Notes under the pieces: generated by a model
What the model was told of the DNA's origin: nothing
The model's database searches: none
The model's input: only the letters and a program-made list of their open reading frames with translations
Translations under genes and position numbers: made by a program
In this document: in pieces, positions 44,766 through 58,557 of the stretch
How positions within the stretch are numbered: position 1 is the stretch's first letter
Layout of the letters: every line of letters starts with the position of its first letter
Assembly (NCBI GenBank): GCA_951406725.2
Contig: OX597838.1
Span: 5,828,001-5,892,000 of the forward strand
DNA from: Octopus vulgaris
Lineage: Eukaryota
Direction of reading: 5' to 3'
DNA: 64,000 nucleotides

Positions 44766-45702
44766 GAGGAGGAGGAGGAGGTGAAAGAAGAAGGGATAGA
44801 GGGCGTGGGGGTTGGAGGAGGATAGGAAAACAAGGAGAATGGATGTAAGGAAGAAACGAGTGAACGAGAGAACGAAAGAAGGAAGTAAAGAAAGAAAGAA
44901 AGAGCCTCTAAATATTGGGAAGATAGTAAATCAGAGAAATCCGAAAAGAAGGAAAAGAAGGAAAAGAAGAAGAAGAAGAAGAAGAAGAGGAATAGGTGGA
45001 GGAGGTAGAGGAGGAAGATTGAATTAACCGGTTATATTACCGTGTAAGGATGACTTAACGTTTGATCTTCTTTGATGCAAGTGAACATCATTTGGTGTAT
45101 TAAGTTTAAGGTATTTATCGATAGATAAAGACTGAAGCTAGTAATAATTTCATTGGTTGTGTACAATAGTTAAACTTAATGACCCGTCTAAGGAGAATAC
45201 GGAGAATTTCGCAATTTGAAGCAGCCTCTATCCGACAGTTTTATTACGGCATCATAATAGTGTTTCGATCTTTCGATCTCTTTCTAAAGCAATCGTTAAA
45301 ATCGTGAATGCTAGTATGGAATATAAAAGTGAACGGTATGGGAATGGAATAAAATCAGATATAACAGGTGAACTGTACAGGTTTTCATGAGGCTTCTGAC
45401 AGGCTATTTGAAGTTTGGCAAATATATATTTGATATTGCATACCTAGGTGTGCGTTCATTTTGTACTGGTATATGTAGATGATGTATAAATGTATATATG
45501 TATATACACACACACATATATATATATATATGTGTGTGTGTGTGTTGTGTGTTATATACTTTATGTAGATGCATTTATATTGTGCTCAGACATGAACTTA
45601 CATCCATGTTTGTCTGAGTATTAGCGTATATATAAATATATATATAGCTCTGTCTGAGTATATCTTAATATTTCGTATACATATATCCATATGTACGAAT
45701 CT

Positions 45703-45751
<49 letters not shown>

Positions 45752-46423
45752 TATGTATGTAAATCTCCATCTCTATGATATATATTGGTGCACTTATTGA
45801 CACATTAAATACATATCTATATAGATATATACATATCAATGCCGATGCTCCAGCATGGCCGAAGCTTTAATGAAAAAGAAGAAAAGAAATATATACATAA
45901 ATATGTTTGTGTGTATGTAGCAAGTGTATGTATATTTATGTAAGTAAGCACGTATATACAACCGCAACGAAATCTATTGATATCTATCTCTCGCTTTATT
46001 TCATTAAGTAGCCATCTGTTAGGGTATGTTTGTGTGTGCCTGTGTGTGTGTGTTTGTGTGTGTGTCTCTGTGTGTGTGTGTGTGTGTTTGTGTGCGCCCG
46101 TGCCCGTTTAATGGGCAGTGGAGCGACAAAGTGGCACATACAGTATGGCAACGAGGTAAAAGGTCACGCAGTGCGCAATTTCCTTCCAGTTCGTTTGTTG
46201 TTCAAATAATTTCCCCTTCAGAAGCGGTTCTGTTCTTCTACTTTTCTTCTCCAGCGTCCACCAAATATCGCTTTTCCTTCAGCTGGACTTTATACGACAA
46301 TATACCTCTTCCTTCACCTATCTTCAAAGAAATATATTGCTTCGCCTCCCTCCGGTCTCTATAAACTATAGAATTTGATTCCATTGATTATGCGCCTCTC
46401 CTGCTGCCACTAATGTAACGCTT

Positions 46424-46945
46424 TTATCCGTGAAGAAATCGTTAATCGTTATATCTACATAACTCCCATAATCCATCTTTTATCTCTTTTACTTCAGTAT
46501 GGAGTCTACGATCTAAACCAGTTATTTATTTTTGTCTTATATAGATACTTGTGTACAATAGCGTCGTTGAGTAAAAACAAGATGACCAATAATTCCCTTG
46601 CATTTAGATCGGTTCTTTGATATCCATGAAGGTACCGGTATATCAGCATGACTACTATAACCCATCTTTCATGTATTTTATTTCAATTTAGAATCTGTAA
46701 AAGTGTTATTTAATTCTATTCTATAGAGATATTAGTGTAGATAGCGTCGTTTAGTGAAAAAGAAAATAGTTGCCCTGTATTTATGGCAACGATAATTAAA
46801 TAGTGCCTCCATACCCGCAAAGAAATCGTTTCATCTGCATTATTACCGTAACTTATCTTTTATGTATTTATTTTAATACAGATCCTATAATTTAAATTAA
46901 TAAATTAAATGTATTCCCATTTTACATAAATGTTAGTGTACAAAT
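46424..46945 (+). repeat. degenerate tandem repeat, ~190-bp unit, about 2.7 copies
   Basis: Recurring blocks ccatcttt, tagtgta/ttgtgta, atagcgtcgtt and aagaaatcgtt, with units starting ~46424, ~46621, ~46811. Confidence 0.65.
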
Positions 46946-47431
46946 CCGTCTCGCATTCTAAAAGTGTGAGTCGTGGCCGCCATTTGCAATGTGCAGTGTA
47001 ACTATATGTCAGTGAAAAAATACTGAAATGCATTTTATCTGTACAACCTATTGCTCCGGAAGAAAATGTCTGTCGCCTTATTTTTCAAGGGGTATCTAAA
47101 CCGAAAAGTTTGATATTTGATATATCAGTTTCAGCCCAGTCGTGACATTGAGTATAAGTTTCAAGCTATTTGCGTATATACAGACAAGGACATGCAAATA
47201 AAAGGTAATGCTATGCGATGCATGTGAAATACGCCTTCTTCGAATTTCCTGACGATGTTTGCATCCTTCGTAAACAGATCATTGCTAAACAGATTCCCCA
47301 AACTAAACTTCATACTGTTAACAAAAGTGCATATTTCAGTTGTGAAAGAAAATATATCGATAGATATTGATCTCTATTTTCAGTGAAATTTTAAGTTTCG
47401 TGATATTAAAGAACATAATATTAATAAAGTT

Positions 47432-47590
47432 GAAGGTGGCGAGCTGGCGTTAGCTCAGAGGCGAAAATGCTTAGTGGCTTTTCGTCAGTGTTTGCGTTCA
47501 AAGATTCGAAGTTCGCTGAGGTCGATTCTGTCTTTCATACTTTCCGGGTCGATAAAATAGCTTCAACTAGTTGAATATAGGAGTCGATTT
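47432..47590 (+). mobile_element. SINE family B, diverged
   Basis: gaaggtggcgagctggc...aaatgcttagtgg...ctttcatactttccgggtcgataaa. Confidence 0.7.
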
Positions 47591-47829
47591 TATGACAATA
47601 TTTGAAAAGAATGTAAACTAAATTGATTATGGGAGAAGCAGAAATATAAATTTAGACACGTACAGGCACACGTCCGCCTGAATTCAGATGTACAAGAAAG
47701 TTCACACATATAGGCATGCCTGATAATATATATGTATACACACAGGCGCGCACGGGTGTGTATACATAAATATAATCAGACGTATGCATATATGTCTGTG
47801 TTATTTTTATCGTTAAAGCCTGAAGCTGA

Positions 47830-47868
<39 letters not shown>

Positions 47869-47884
47869 TGTTCCTTCTCTAGTA

Positions 47885-48080
47885 ATGTCTGGCCCATAAA
47901 GTCCGGTTTCCCAGTCCGTTGCAGGTGAGCTGAGAGATGCAGGTGAAAAGAGAGAAAGTTGTGGCGAAAGAGTCAGCAGAAGTTCGCCATTACCTACTGC
48001 TTGAGTTGCGTGGAGCTTAGGTGTTTCGTTCATAAACACACACATCACCTGGTCTGAGATTCGAAACCGCGATCCTGCGG
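47885..48080 (-). mobile_element. SINE related to family C, with a different centre
   Basis: cataaagtccggtttcccag...gcaggtgag shared with the 8668-8790 copy; B-box-like gattcgaaacc at the other end. Confidence 0.5.
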
Positions 48081-48331
48081 CGTATATTATTGAGAGAGAA
48101 AGAGATACTTTCGAACACAATGACTGAATAAAAAATAACGAATTGTAATTAAATTTGAATGGGCTGACGACATCGATACTACATAATTGCTTTTCTTTCT
48201 CTGTCTCGCTTGCCCTGCTCCTTATCATCTCTCTCTTTCTCTCTCTCTCACACTCTCACTTTCTTCCCCCTAGAAGTTTTTGGAGATTCATGTAAAAGAC
48301 GGAGACAATTTCTGTTTTATTATCTTAGTTA

Positions 48332-48512
48332 TATTTCGTCTGCCGTTCTGAGTTCGAATTCCGCCGAGGACGACTTTGCCTTTCATCCTTTCGGGGTCGA
48401 TAAATTATGTACCAGTTACGCACTGGGGTCGATGTAATCGACTTAATCCCTTTGTCTGTCTCTGTTTGTCCTCTCTGTGTTTAGCCCCTTGTGGGTAGTA
48501 AAAGAAATATAA
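48332..48512 (+). mobile_element. headless SINE-B body with TSD
   Basis: Starts at tatttcgtctgcc; CTTAGTTA at 48324-48331 and 48513-48520. Confidence 0.88.
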
Positions 48513-49378
48513 CTTAGTTAGATGTTGAAGAGTTCGGTTATACGAACGAGAGCTAGTTGGCTAGATAGATAGATATACAGAAATAGCTATACAGGAAAAA
48601 CTGGCTACTTTGTCACAGATTTCACTTCCTCATTTTCTTATTCCTTTTCTTATGGTTACTAATTCGTACAACGGAAGACATCATTTCACCGGTTCACAAA
48701 GTCTTCGTTAAAGGAGAATGCTATTCTTATTTTATCTCTCAATGTTCAGAACGGTGATTCACATCCTTGGAGCAACACACCACAAATCGCCCCTCTACAA
48801 AAAGTTAATTATTATATTCAAGTAAGTAATATTCACGTTAATCTGAATTCTAGAATATATTTCAATTAGCTATCCTGTTTAATGTAATAACTATCACTTA
48901 CATATTACTATGTATGTTTTTATATACACTTAATCATTCTTTGTTAGTTGTGCATTTCTCTCTGCAGTACGTAAACATGAGTCTATGAAATGATTTTATT
49001 AGTTATATTGTTGAGTAATAATAATGACTGACTCATACTTATTGTGAGAGCTAATACTTTACAACACTTGCGAGTGTTGTTAAATTGTCCGGTAGATTCC
49101 ATTGCGCTTATGGTTTCGGGTTATATATTTTTGTATCTATCGCCTTGGAATCTTCTGTGTTTTTATAATTTCTGCGCCCATAAACAAAGTACTGTACATG
49201 TAATGATGCTGGTTGTTCTCTATTGCTTTCGTGTTTTTTTTCTTTTTTTTCACTTATTTTGTTTTCCCTGGAAGAAAACAGGATGATAGACCAACCAGAT
49301 ACCGAATGGGACCAGCAGCTCGAATAAAAAAATAACATTAAAAAAAACCGATTTTTTCAAAATGATGTCCCTTTGATT

Positions 49379-49513
49379 CTATTGTCATCACACAATATAT
49401 TTTATGTTATCGGCATCATACGATAACTTATTCTAAGCTATCGTGATCATATGATAGCATATTGAATGCTATCGTCATCATACGATAGCATATTCTATGC
49501 TAGCGTCATCATA
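49379..49513. repeat. 31-bp palindromic minisatellite
   Basis: Units at 49406, 49437, 49468, 49499; consensus GCTATCGTCATCATACGATAGCATATTCTAT. Confidence 0.85.
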
Positions 49514-49780
49514 AAATTATCAATCAATAAAATGGTTATAAATTCATATATTTTCCTCGGTATTAGTATATACTGGAGAACTTAAAAAAAAAAAGATTAT
49601 AACAACGCATCATAAATCAATTTGGAACGGTGAATCTACAATAAGATGCAGCCATAGATAATATCGTGCAAACATTGGATTGCAAAAGTGTTTGGATTGA
49701 AAAAGTTGAAAACTAAGCGCTGGACGCGAAACCACATATCCTGAAAAGATTACAGGCGTTCTACCACTGGACTAAAGCAA

Positions 49781-49889
49781 TCCCTTAAATTCTTTAATCC
49801 GCTTTCGAAGTGTACAAAACCTTTGTCATAATCTCCTTCGTCTTCTCCTTCAGCTTGCGAAACAACCTAAAGTCCCAGGGCGCAAGATC
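49781..49889 (-). mobile_element. mariner transposase C-terminal remnant
   Basis: DLAPWDFRLFRKLKE..KEIMTKVLYT matches the (YSP)DLAPxDFxLFxxLK mariner motif. Confidence 0.6.
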
Positions 49890-49899
49890 TACACTATAG

Positions 49900-50287
49900 A
49901 AATAGAGGAGACAAACGAGGACAGACAAAGGGATTAAGTCGATTACATCGACCCCAGTGCGAAACTGGTACTTTTTTTATCGACCCCGAAACGATGAAAG
50001 GTAAAGTCGGACTCGGCCGAATTTGAACCTAGAACGTAACGAGAGACGAAATACCTATTTCTTTATTACCCACAAGGGGATAAACAGAGAGGGGAAAAAC
50101 AAGGGCAGCCAAACGGATTAAGTCGAATATATCACTCCCAGTGCGTAACTGGTACTTAATTTATCGACCCCGAAAGAATGAAAAGCAAAGTCGACATAGG
50201 CGGAATTTGAACTCAGAACGTAGCGGCAGACGAGATACCGATAAGCATTTCGCCCGGCGCACTAACGTGTCTGCCAGCTCGCCGCCT
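49900..50287 (-). mobile_element. SINE family B: head plus tandem duplicated body
   Basis: Junction gacgaaatacctatttctttatt (~50045-50067); head tgccagctcgccgcct. Confidence 0.9.
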
Positions 50288-50808
50288 AGTACATATACAG
50301 GTATGCATACATACAAACATGCATGCATACATACGTATATATCTATATACAGACATACATACACATCTTATATATATACATACGTACATATTTCAGTGTA
50401 TGCAAGATATATCGTATGAACTGTGTGTTTGAGCGAGAGTGGGCGGGAAAGACAGAGAATTCAAGTGAGAGAGAGAGAGAGAGAGAGATATATATATAGA
50501 GAGAGGGGGTGGCGCAAGAGAGAAGGAGGTAAGGTATGTCAAACGATGTGTTCGAAAAATATACTCGAACAATTTATTGTCTATTTAATATTATTTCTTT
50601 CGTTACACTCATACTTCAGTAAACATAACAGAATTAACCAAACATGAATAATACCGCATTCAAACATATACACAAACCATCACCCCCACCCACTCCCTCT
50701 TTCTTTCTCTCTCTCTCCCTCTCTCTCTCTCTCTCGCTGTCAAACACACACAGATAAATATTCACACGCAAACATATATGTCCGTGCGCTCATGCAAGCA
50801 CAATCACA

Positions 50809-50847
<39 letters not shown>

Positions 50848-51191
50848 CACACACACACATATATATATATATATAAACACATATATACATATATATATAT
50901 ATATAAACACATATATACACATATATATATATATGTGTATGTATATATATATATATGTATAAACACATATGCATACATGTGTATGTATATATATATATAT
51001 ATAAGCACATATATACATATATATACGTATATATATATATATATATATATGTATATACATATATATATATATATGTATGTATACATATATATAAATATAT
51101 ATATATACGTATATATATATGTATATATGTATAAACACGCACATATATATAAACAAACATATATACATATATATGTACGTATATATATATT

Positions 51192-51251
<60 letters not shown>

Positions 51252-51809
51252 CACGTAGGTAAGCATGTATACATTATATATCTATGCATATATAACCAAT
51301 AACTGTTGTGTACAAAAGCCAGAGCAAACAGTGCAGATAATAGAGAGCAATAACTCATGTTGAACTAAATATTTAACAAATATTACTATTAATAATTGTT
51401 TTATTATTATTCTTTTTGTTGTTGCTGTTGTAGGTCTTGTCGATGTTTTTAGTACAATTATATCAAACATGACGGTAAACTCCATTCACACCACCATCTT
51501 GAGTTACCCCATGCAGTTTCTTTGAATAGTATGTCCGCCACATAAGTTAATATAGGTATACGGGCAAAAACACACAAACGCACAGACACATATGCGCACA
51601 CACATACATAGATACGATATTCGAACATTTAGAAATATACGTAGGTGTATATATGCGCATATATGGTAACGTACGCTTGTATTACCTTGGCTTGTTCGTT
51701 CAAATGTAACTCTGTTAACGTACTCACATATACACACATACACCTGTATATATATATATATATATATAAATTGATCAAAATAAAATAAAAACATGATGCG
51801 AAGGATTCA

Positions 51810-51887
51810 GCGGTACATATGTTTCGGGCCTTTATTAGACAGATTTATAACAAAGCATAATGTATGTCTGTGGCCTTCTTCAGCCGC
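51810..51887 (-). ncRNA. type-I hammerhead ribozyme motif, inverted copy
   Basis: Exact reverse complement of 52609-52686. Confidence 0.8.
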
Positions 51888-52608
51888 GCACAACAGCTTC
51901 CACAAGGACATGTGTTACATCAAAAATTCTTGGTTGGGGATGCAAATCCTCTCGTTCACGTACGACATAATGCGGCAGCAGCATAGAATTAAAGCGTCCA
52001 TCTCTTTCTTCTCTCAATGTAGAATGAGGAAACTTGGATGTTGAGGTAATGTAAATAAATAAATACATATATAGAGGTGAAGATGGAGGGGCGACAGTTC
52101 GGGACGGGGGATAAAAAATATAATAAAAAGTGTAAGTATAGAATAATATAAAAATGTAGAGGATAAAAATATAAAGAGTTGTAAGGAGATGTGAAGGGGG
52201 TATATTTCCATTTCTACTTTTATTTCCATTTCTATTTTTACTTTATAACCTTATGCCTTTACATTTATTTATATTTCTTTATATTTCTTTATACCCCCTT
52301 TACATCTCCTTACAACTCTTTATATCTTTATCCTCTACATTTTTATATTATTCTATACTTACACTTTTTATATATATTTTTTTCTCCCTCGTCCCGAACT
52401 CTCGCCCCTCCATCTTCACCTCTATATATGTATTTATTTATTTACATTACCTCAACATCCAAGTTTCCTCATTCTACATTGAGAGAAGAAAGAGATGGAC
52501 GCTTCAATTCTAGGCTGCTGCCGCATTATGTCGTACGTGAACGAGAGGATTTGCATCCCCAACCAAGAATTTTTGATGTAACACATGTCCTTGTGGAAGC
52601 TGTTGTGC

Positions 52609-52686
52609 GCGGCTGAAGAAGGCCACAGACATACATTATGCTTTGTTATAAATCTGTCTAATAAAGGCCCGAAACATATGTACCGC
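52609..52686 (+). ncRNA. type-I hammerhead ribozyme motif with palindromic stem III
   Basis: GCGG-CTGAAGA-A-GGCC-[41 nt]-GGCC-C-GAAAC-ATAT-GT-A-CCGC; predicted cleavage after GTA (52682). Confidence 0.82.
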
Positions 52687-52784
52687 TGAATCCTTCGCAT
52701 CATGTTTTTATTTTATTTTGATCAATTTACTACCACTATATACACAGGTGCTTATAATTATATATACCCCGAATTTCTATACTC

Positions 52785-52870
<86 letters not shown>

Positions 52871-52958
52871 GTATATATGTGTATATATATATATTTATAT
52901 ATATATATATATATGTATATGTATATATGTGTAAGTATATATATATATATATATGCAA

Positions 52959-53002
<44 letters not shown>

Positions 53003-53476
53003 ATGTGTGGGTGTGTTTATTTATGTGAGTATGTGTACAGGAATATATATTAACGAACAACCTAAATATCCATATGCGTACAAACCTATATACTCACATT
53101 ATACATTATAATCTGAAAAAACGCTCACGTATTCAGAAAAGCGAAAGACATGAGAATATTATAACAGCGAATATAGTAAATAATTTAGAATTTATCTTTT
53201 AGAGATATAACACTTATGATGGGAGCCAGCGAAACAATAAACGATATGATTTGTATATAATTTTCATCGTTAAATAGATTTTTAACATTTTTTCCCGCTT
53301 CTTCCATGTTATTTGTTTTGTCATTTATTCCTCTACTTGATGTATAACGTCGCCCAAATTCCATGTCACTCCTCATATGCCTCTGTTTTTCCTTCTCTGT
53401 CTCACTTCCGGTCCTGCGTGGTCGCACTCTGCATTGCAATTCTTAAATACATAAATATTATAGAAATATATATACG

Positions 53477-53507
<31 letters not shown>

Positions 53508-53539
53508 ACGCGCACACACACATATATATATATATATAT

Positions 53540-53772
53540 TCCTTTATTTGTATCAATAATTTGACTGCGCCAATGATGGAGGACTGCTTTTAGTCGAGCA
53601 AATCGACCTCTGGAAAAATTCTTTGCAAGCATACCGGTTACTCCTTACCGTTTCTTATGCCGAATCGCTAAGTTACGGTTACGTAAACAAACCAGCATCG
53701 GTTGTCAAACCATGGAGGGGGAACAAACGCACACGCAATATACATACGCAAACACACACACATATAAATATA

Positions 53773-53804
<32 letters not shown>

Positions 53805-53960
53805 AAAGGCTTCTTTCCGTTCCCCTTTACCAAATACACTCACAAGTCTTAGGACGGTCCGAGGCTATAGCAGAAAACACTTGCCCAAGTTGGCAGGCAG
53901 TTGGACGGAATCATGGGTTTGGTAAGCAAGCTACTTAACACACCACCACACCTACGCATA
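53540..53960 (-). mobile_element. SINE family A, full length, diverged
   Basis: tagtcgagcaaatcgac...ccagcatcggttgtcaa...gaggctatag...cacttgcccaag. Confidence 0.82.
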
Positions 53961-55149
53961 CACACACACATACAATTATTTCATCTGTACATTTATATAA
54001 GTGTGTGTGTGTGTGCTTGTTTGTCTGAGAGAGTGAGAGAAATAGTGTGTGTATATGTATGTCTCTATGTTACTGACCACATGTCAACCGGTGTTGGTTC
54101 CTCTAGGCCTCGCAAGTTATCCCTGTGGGTCTATATATCTATAGCATACGGATAAATCTTGAAGAAAATATACATACTGGGTTGCATTCATTCAAGTAAA
54201 ACCTCCACGACGTCGCCCTCGCTTGTCAGCCGGCCATTAAGTAGAAGATCTGAAATATTTGAAAATTTGCATAAACTATTTTACGCGTTCCTGGATAATC
54301 TTTAACTTTACCACTGCTTGTTCGTAATATCTTTCCAGTAGATAGAGCTCTCTTCATCACATGTATATCATTTGTGAGTTATAATTTTACTTTATGCAAC
54401 ATAATGAAAATTCTAATTACTTTTCCTTAAGTCTAACAAATGGAAACAAATCCTCATATGTATTATATATATTTTTTCTGATGTTCTTATTTGGAAAAGC
54501 TTTGTGATATCAAGGTATATTAATACCAATTATATATTATAGAAAGAAATTTCTTCAAATTGCGTACATGTGTTTAATTGTTGCACTATGAGTGATGTTA
54601 TAATAACCTTCTGTAATGCAATTATCCTTTAGAAATTAAGAAAGTTTTATAATTGTAATCTCTTAAAACGTTTCTCTAAATCTTACGAAATAAATGACTT
54701 TTAATTTCTGTCAGTGTCTCTTTATATACATTATAAAATCACCTCTTAATCACCTGTCTTTGGCTACTTGTGTATCTATTATACAATATTAACCAATATC
54801 GTGCTATCAGGCTCAATCCCCACACTTAACTAATGATATCAATCTAATTATTGACAATAAATCTCTTGAAATTTTAAACGGAATATCTACCAATTAAAAA
54901 TTTCTTCTCTTGTTGAAGTAATCGTTTCTATATTGGTTGCAAACACAGCATTTTCTGATGGATGTTAAATCGATTCTTCAGCCGCTAGTAAATAAGTGAT
55001 ACCTCGTTTTACCAACATTGCAAGGATGAAAAACGAGGGAAACCGAGGCGTGATATGAATTCGTTAACTAAAAGGAAGTTGCTTAAATGCTGCATATTTT
55101 ATTTGGTTCCCTTTTATTTACCTGTAGCCCCCCACTTATCTAATTAAAG

Positions 55150-55390
55150 GAAGCTAATGGCGAAGAAAGTCAATGGTATTCTGGCAAGCAGGTGAGAAGT
55201 CACGAACTTGTACTGGCTGATATGCAATACATGCGAAAGTGCGTGTTCATATACTGGGTTCAAATTCCGCCGTGATCCACTTTGAATTGTACTGTTGCGT
55301 GATTGATGAAATAAGTATCAGCCGAGTACTGGAGTCCATGTAATCGATGTAATCCGAAATTGCTGGCCTTGTGTCAAAGTTTGAATTCAA
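55150..55390 (+). mobile_element. SINE family B2, highly diverged
   Basis: gggttcaaattccgccg...aataagtatcag...aattgctggccttgtgtcaaagtttgaa. Confidence 0.55.
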
Positions 55391-56088
55391 TGCATACGGA
55401 AGTGATGTCATAGCATATCTAGCTGTCTGTTTGTCGGTCTATCGATCTATCTATCAATCTATCTACCTATCTACCCATCTATCTATCTATTTTTATGTGT
55501 AGCTAGCTAGATACCTAGCTAGCTAACTAGGTACATAGCTTGCAACCTAGCTACCTAGCTACATATCTATCATTCTATCTACCTATCTATATATCTCCCT
55601 CTCTTTCTCTCTCTCTCTCTCTCCATATATATATATATATATACTAGTTGAACCCTGTGTTTGATGTAATCTCAAAATAACTCCCCACAAAATTACAGGC
55701 ATTGTCCCATTAGTAGTAAAGCATAATTTCTACTCCAAATACAGTAAAGTATGGAAGAACATAACTTTACGGGAATGTCTAACGAAGACGTTACTGACAG
55801 AAAATATTTTAACCACACCGAAATTTCTGTCCCCATGTATATCTCGCAATCGCTTTAATCCGATTAATATTTCGTAATGATGAGATCTAGTAAGACGTAA
55901 ACAACTACTTATGATGTACATATTTATCTGCAAGAATTATTGATCTGATAATCACTATAATCCAATTCCCAGACACTTTAATTGTCAATTGAGCCGAAGA
56001 CGGAAGACCTAATTGTTCTATAGATTTTGGTACAAATAGAAGGCGATTATCTGTCATGGCATATATATCTGTCTGTCTGTCTGTCTGC

Positions 56089-56160
<72 letters not shown>

Positions 56161-56235
56161 ATATATATATATATATATATATCTATCTCTCTCTCTATCT
56201 ATATATATATATATGTCTATCTATCTATCTATCTA

Positions 56236-56272
<37 letters not shown>

Positions 56273-57455
56273 ATCTATCTATCTTTATGTGTAGCTAGTT
56301 AACTAGGTACCTAGCTGCCTAGCTACTTATCTATCTATCTATCTATCTATCTATATACACACTCTCTCTCTCTCTCTCTCTCTTTATATATATATATATA
56401 TATATATTATCTATCTCTCTATTCATACACACACGCGCAAGTACAAACACACACATATACATGCACACACACGCAAACAATGATACATATTCTTTTATTC
56501 TTTTAATCATTATACTTGGTAAATCTCCGCCACGCTTGGGCACCATCTTCAAGTGTTTTTGGTGAAATTCACCGCAGTACTTTTCTTCTATTTCTTAAGA
56601 CTTGCAACTATTCCATCGTTCTCTTTTGCCGAAAATTGTTTACAAATCAACCGCCTTCTTTCAACACCCTGTGCCTACCTGCACCATCAAAAAATTCAAA
56701 ATAATCTCGGGAGCTTAAAAATTGGTCTGCAGTTAATGCAATTCTCCCTACGTTGCTAGCAGTGCTAGAAAACTGAACATTCACCTTAAGGTTTACATGC
56801 GTACAAATATTTCGTCAGATGCTCCCGCACTTAGAAAATTAGAAAGATGATAATGGGTCTATTTCTTTGCATGGTGGAAGTAAAACACACAAAAAAAACC
56901 CAGATATGAGCCTCAAGTGAGATAAGCCAATGTATCAAAAGGTCACGAAAGTAGAAATCTTGATAATTTAACTTAATCATATAATAAATATTTGGATCTA
57001 TACACATATAACCTGTCAAATTACATGATAACTTTCTCGCTTGTTTTGGTTTTAATTAACTAATGGAAGTTTCACCTCTATTTCGAGAAATGGAACAATG
57101 TATATTAAAAATTCTTCTAATAATTGCCTTCCAACATAATTATCTAAATTAATATACACATGTATATGTATATGTTGATATGTGTATACACATATACCCA
57201 TATTTAAATATATGTTTATATAAGCTTGTGTGTGTCTGTCTGTATACATACATGCTTATACACACACACACACACAGACACCCCCACGTATATATATATA
57301 TGTATGTGTGCATATATTTGTATGATTCTGTGTGTGATTATGCGTTTGTGTGTGTGTTATCATGCCGGTGTGTATGTGTGTTTGTCTGTATGTGCATGAG
57401 TATGAATCTTTTGCTTTCACATCTGAAGTGAATTATACCCACATACATACACGCA

Positions 57456-57518
<63 letters not shown>

Positions 57519-57819
57519 AAAAACCTACCTCTAAAGTCTAGATCTCAGACATAAACAGAGGAATGGCTTCAAGCTTAAAAATAATAAATCTCAATCCATG
57601 CTAATCTTCGTGCAGCACAATAATGCGGTTTAATGACATTAGTTAAAAAGATTCGAATAACTAGTTCGAATCCAATCCGATGAAATAAACATAGATCAAA
57701 ATACATTTGATGACAATCAAGTATGTAAATTATGCAACGCAAACACACGTGGGTCAGGGGAAAATTTTAATGGAAACCCCGTCATGTGCGTATACATAGA
57801 TACATAAATACATGCATAC

Positions 57820-57870
<51 letters not shown>

Positions 57871-57890
57871 CATATATATATATATGTATA

Positions 57891-57927
<37 letters not shown>

Positions 57928-58294
57928 GGCCTCAGCCGGATGGCTATAAACAAGTAAAAGAGTATATATATATATAAATATATACCTGTTTATCTATCTA
58001 TCTATCTATGTGTGCGGGTCTGTCTGTATGTGCTTATTTAGTCATTAATGTACGTAACATTCACACAAACAAATGTATGCGTACTTACTTTTAAGTAAAA
58101 CAACATAGAAATTAAGTCATGAGGAACGAAAATAAGCTTAGATTTATTCTTTAATTTAATACTTCCTCACACCATTGTCATGTCTATATTTTTGCCGTCC
58201 GCTGACAACTATATTCGAAGGTCTAAAACAGGCACGCATATCTTCTTTATGTGTTTGCTAAACAATATCTCCACGCGTGTCTAATTGACCATTT

Positions 58295-58319
58295 AAACTT
58301 CTTTTGATAGTCCCTCGTA
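58295..58319 (-). mobile_element. solitary mariner-like TIR
   Basis: Reverse complement TA-CGAGGGACTATCAAAAGAAGTTT; no partner TIR found. Confidence 0.35.
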
Positions 58320-58557
58320 TGTAAAATATAGATGTTAGTATATGTATGTATTATGTTTACACAAACACACACGCATATATATATATAACATCCTGAGATC
58401 GTGGTGTAGGAAGAAAGTTAACTTCAAGAAATCAGCAGTAAATATATATAAAAAAGTGCAATGGTGGTTTATTGAGAAGGAAGGTCGTAGATTTTTATCG
58501 TGTCGATGTACGATAAACTGAAAAAAGAACAAAGAGTTATGGAATGGAGCAGATAAG

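Larger units (their letters stand above)
51767..52788. mobile_element. young foldback PLE pseudo-LTR-like element: arms 51767-52204 and 52290-52729, 85-bp spacer, ~59-bp right tail, in (TA)n
   Basis: ~440-bp arms with about ten differences; mirrored ORFs in the track (51793+ and 52703-); an HHR in each arm. Confidence 0.9.

Noticed and set aside
46150-46415. RTE ORF linker remnant on the minus strand (RREAKQYISL..GE)
   Set aside because: Similarity is too weak to call without an alignment.
47249-47280. CTGACGA plus 7-bp stem TGTTTGC/GTAAACA as a hammerhead
   Set aside because: Followed by GATC rather than GAAA, with no stem I or III; at best a decayed relic.
49406-49513. CRISPR-like array
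   Set aside because: Contiguous units with no unique spacers, no cas genes, eukaryotic context.
51793-52703. Mirror ORFs [13 protein letters not shown]... as a duplicated gene
   Set aside because: They result from the inverted repeat, run antisense to the HHR motifs and resemble no protein I recognise.
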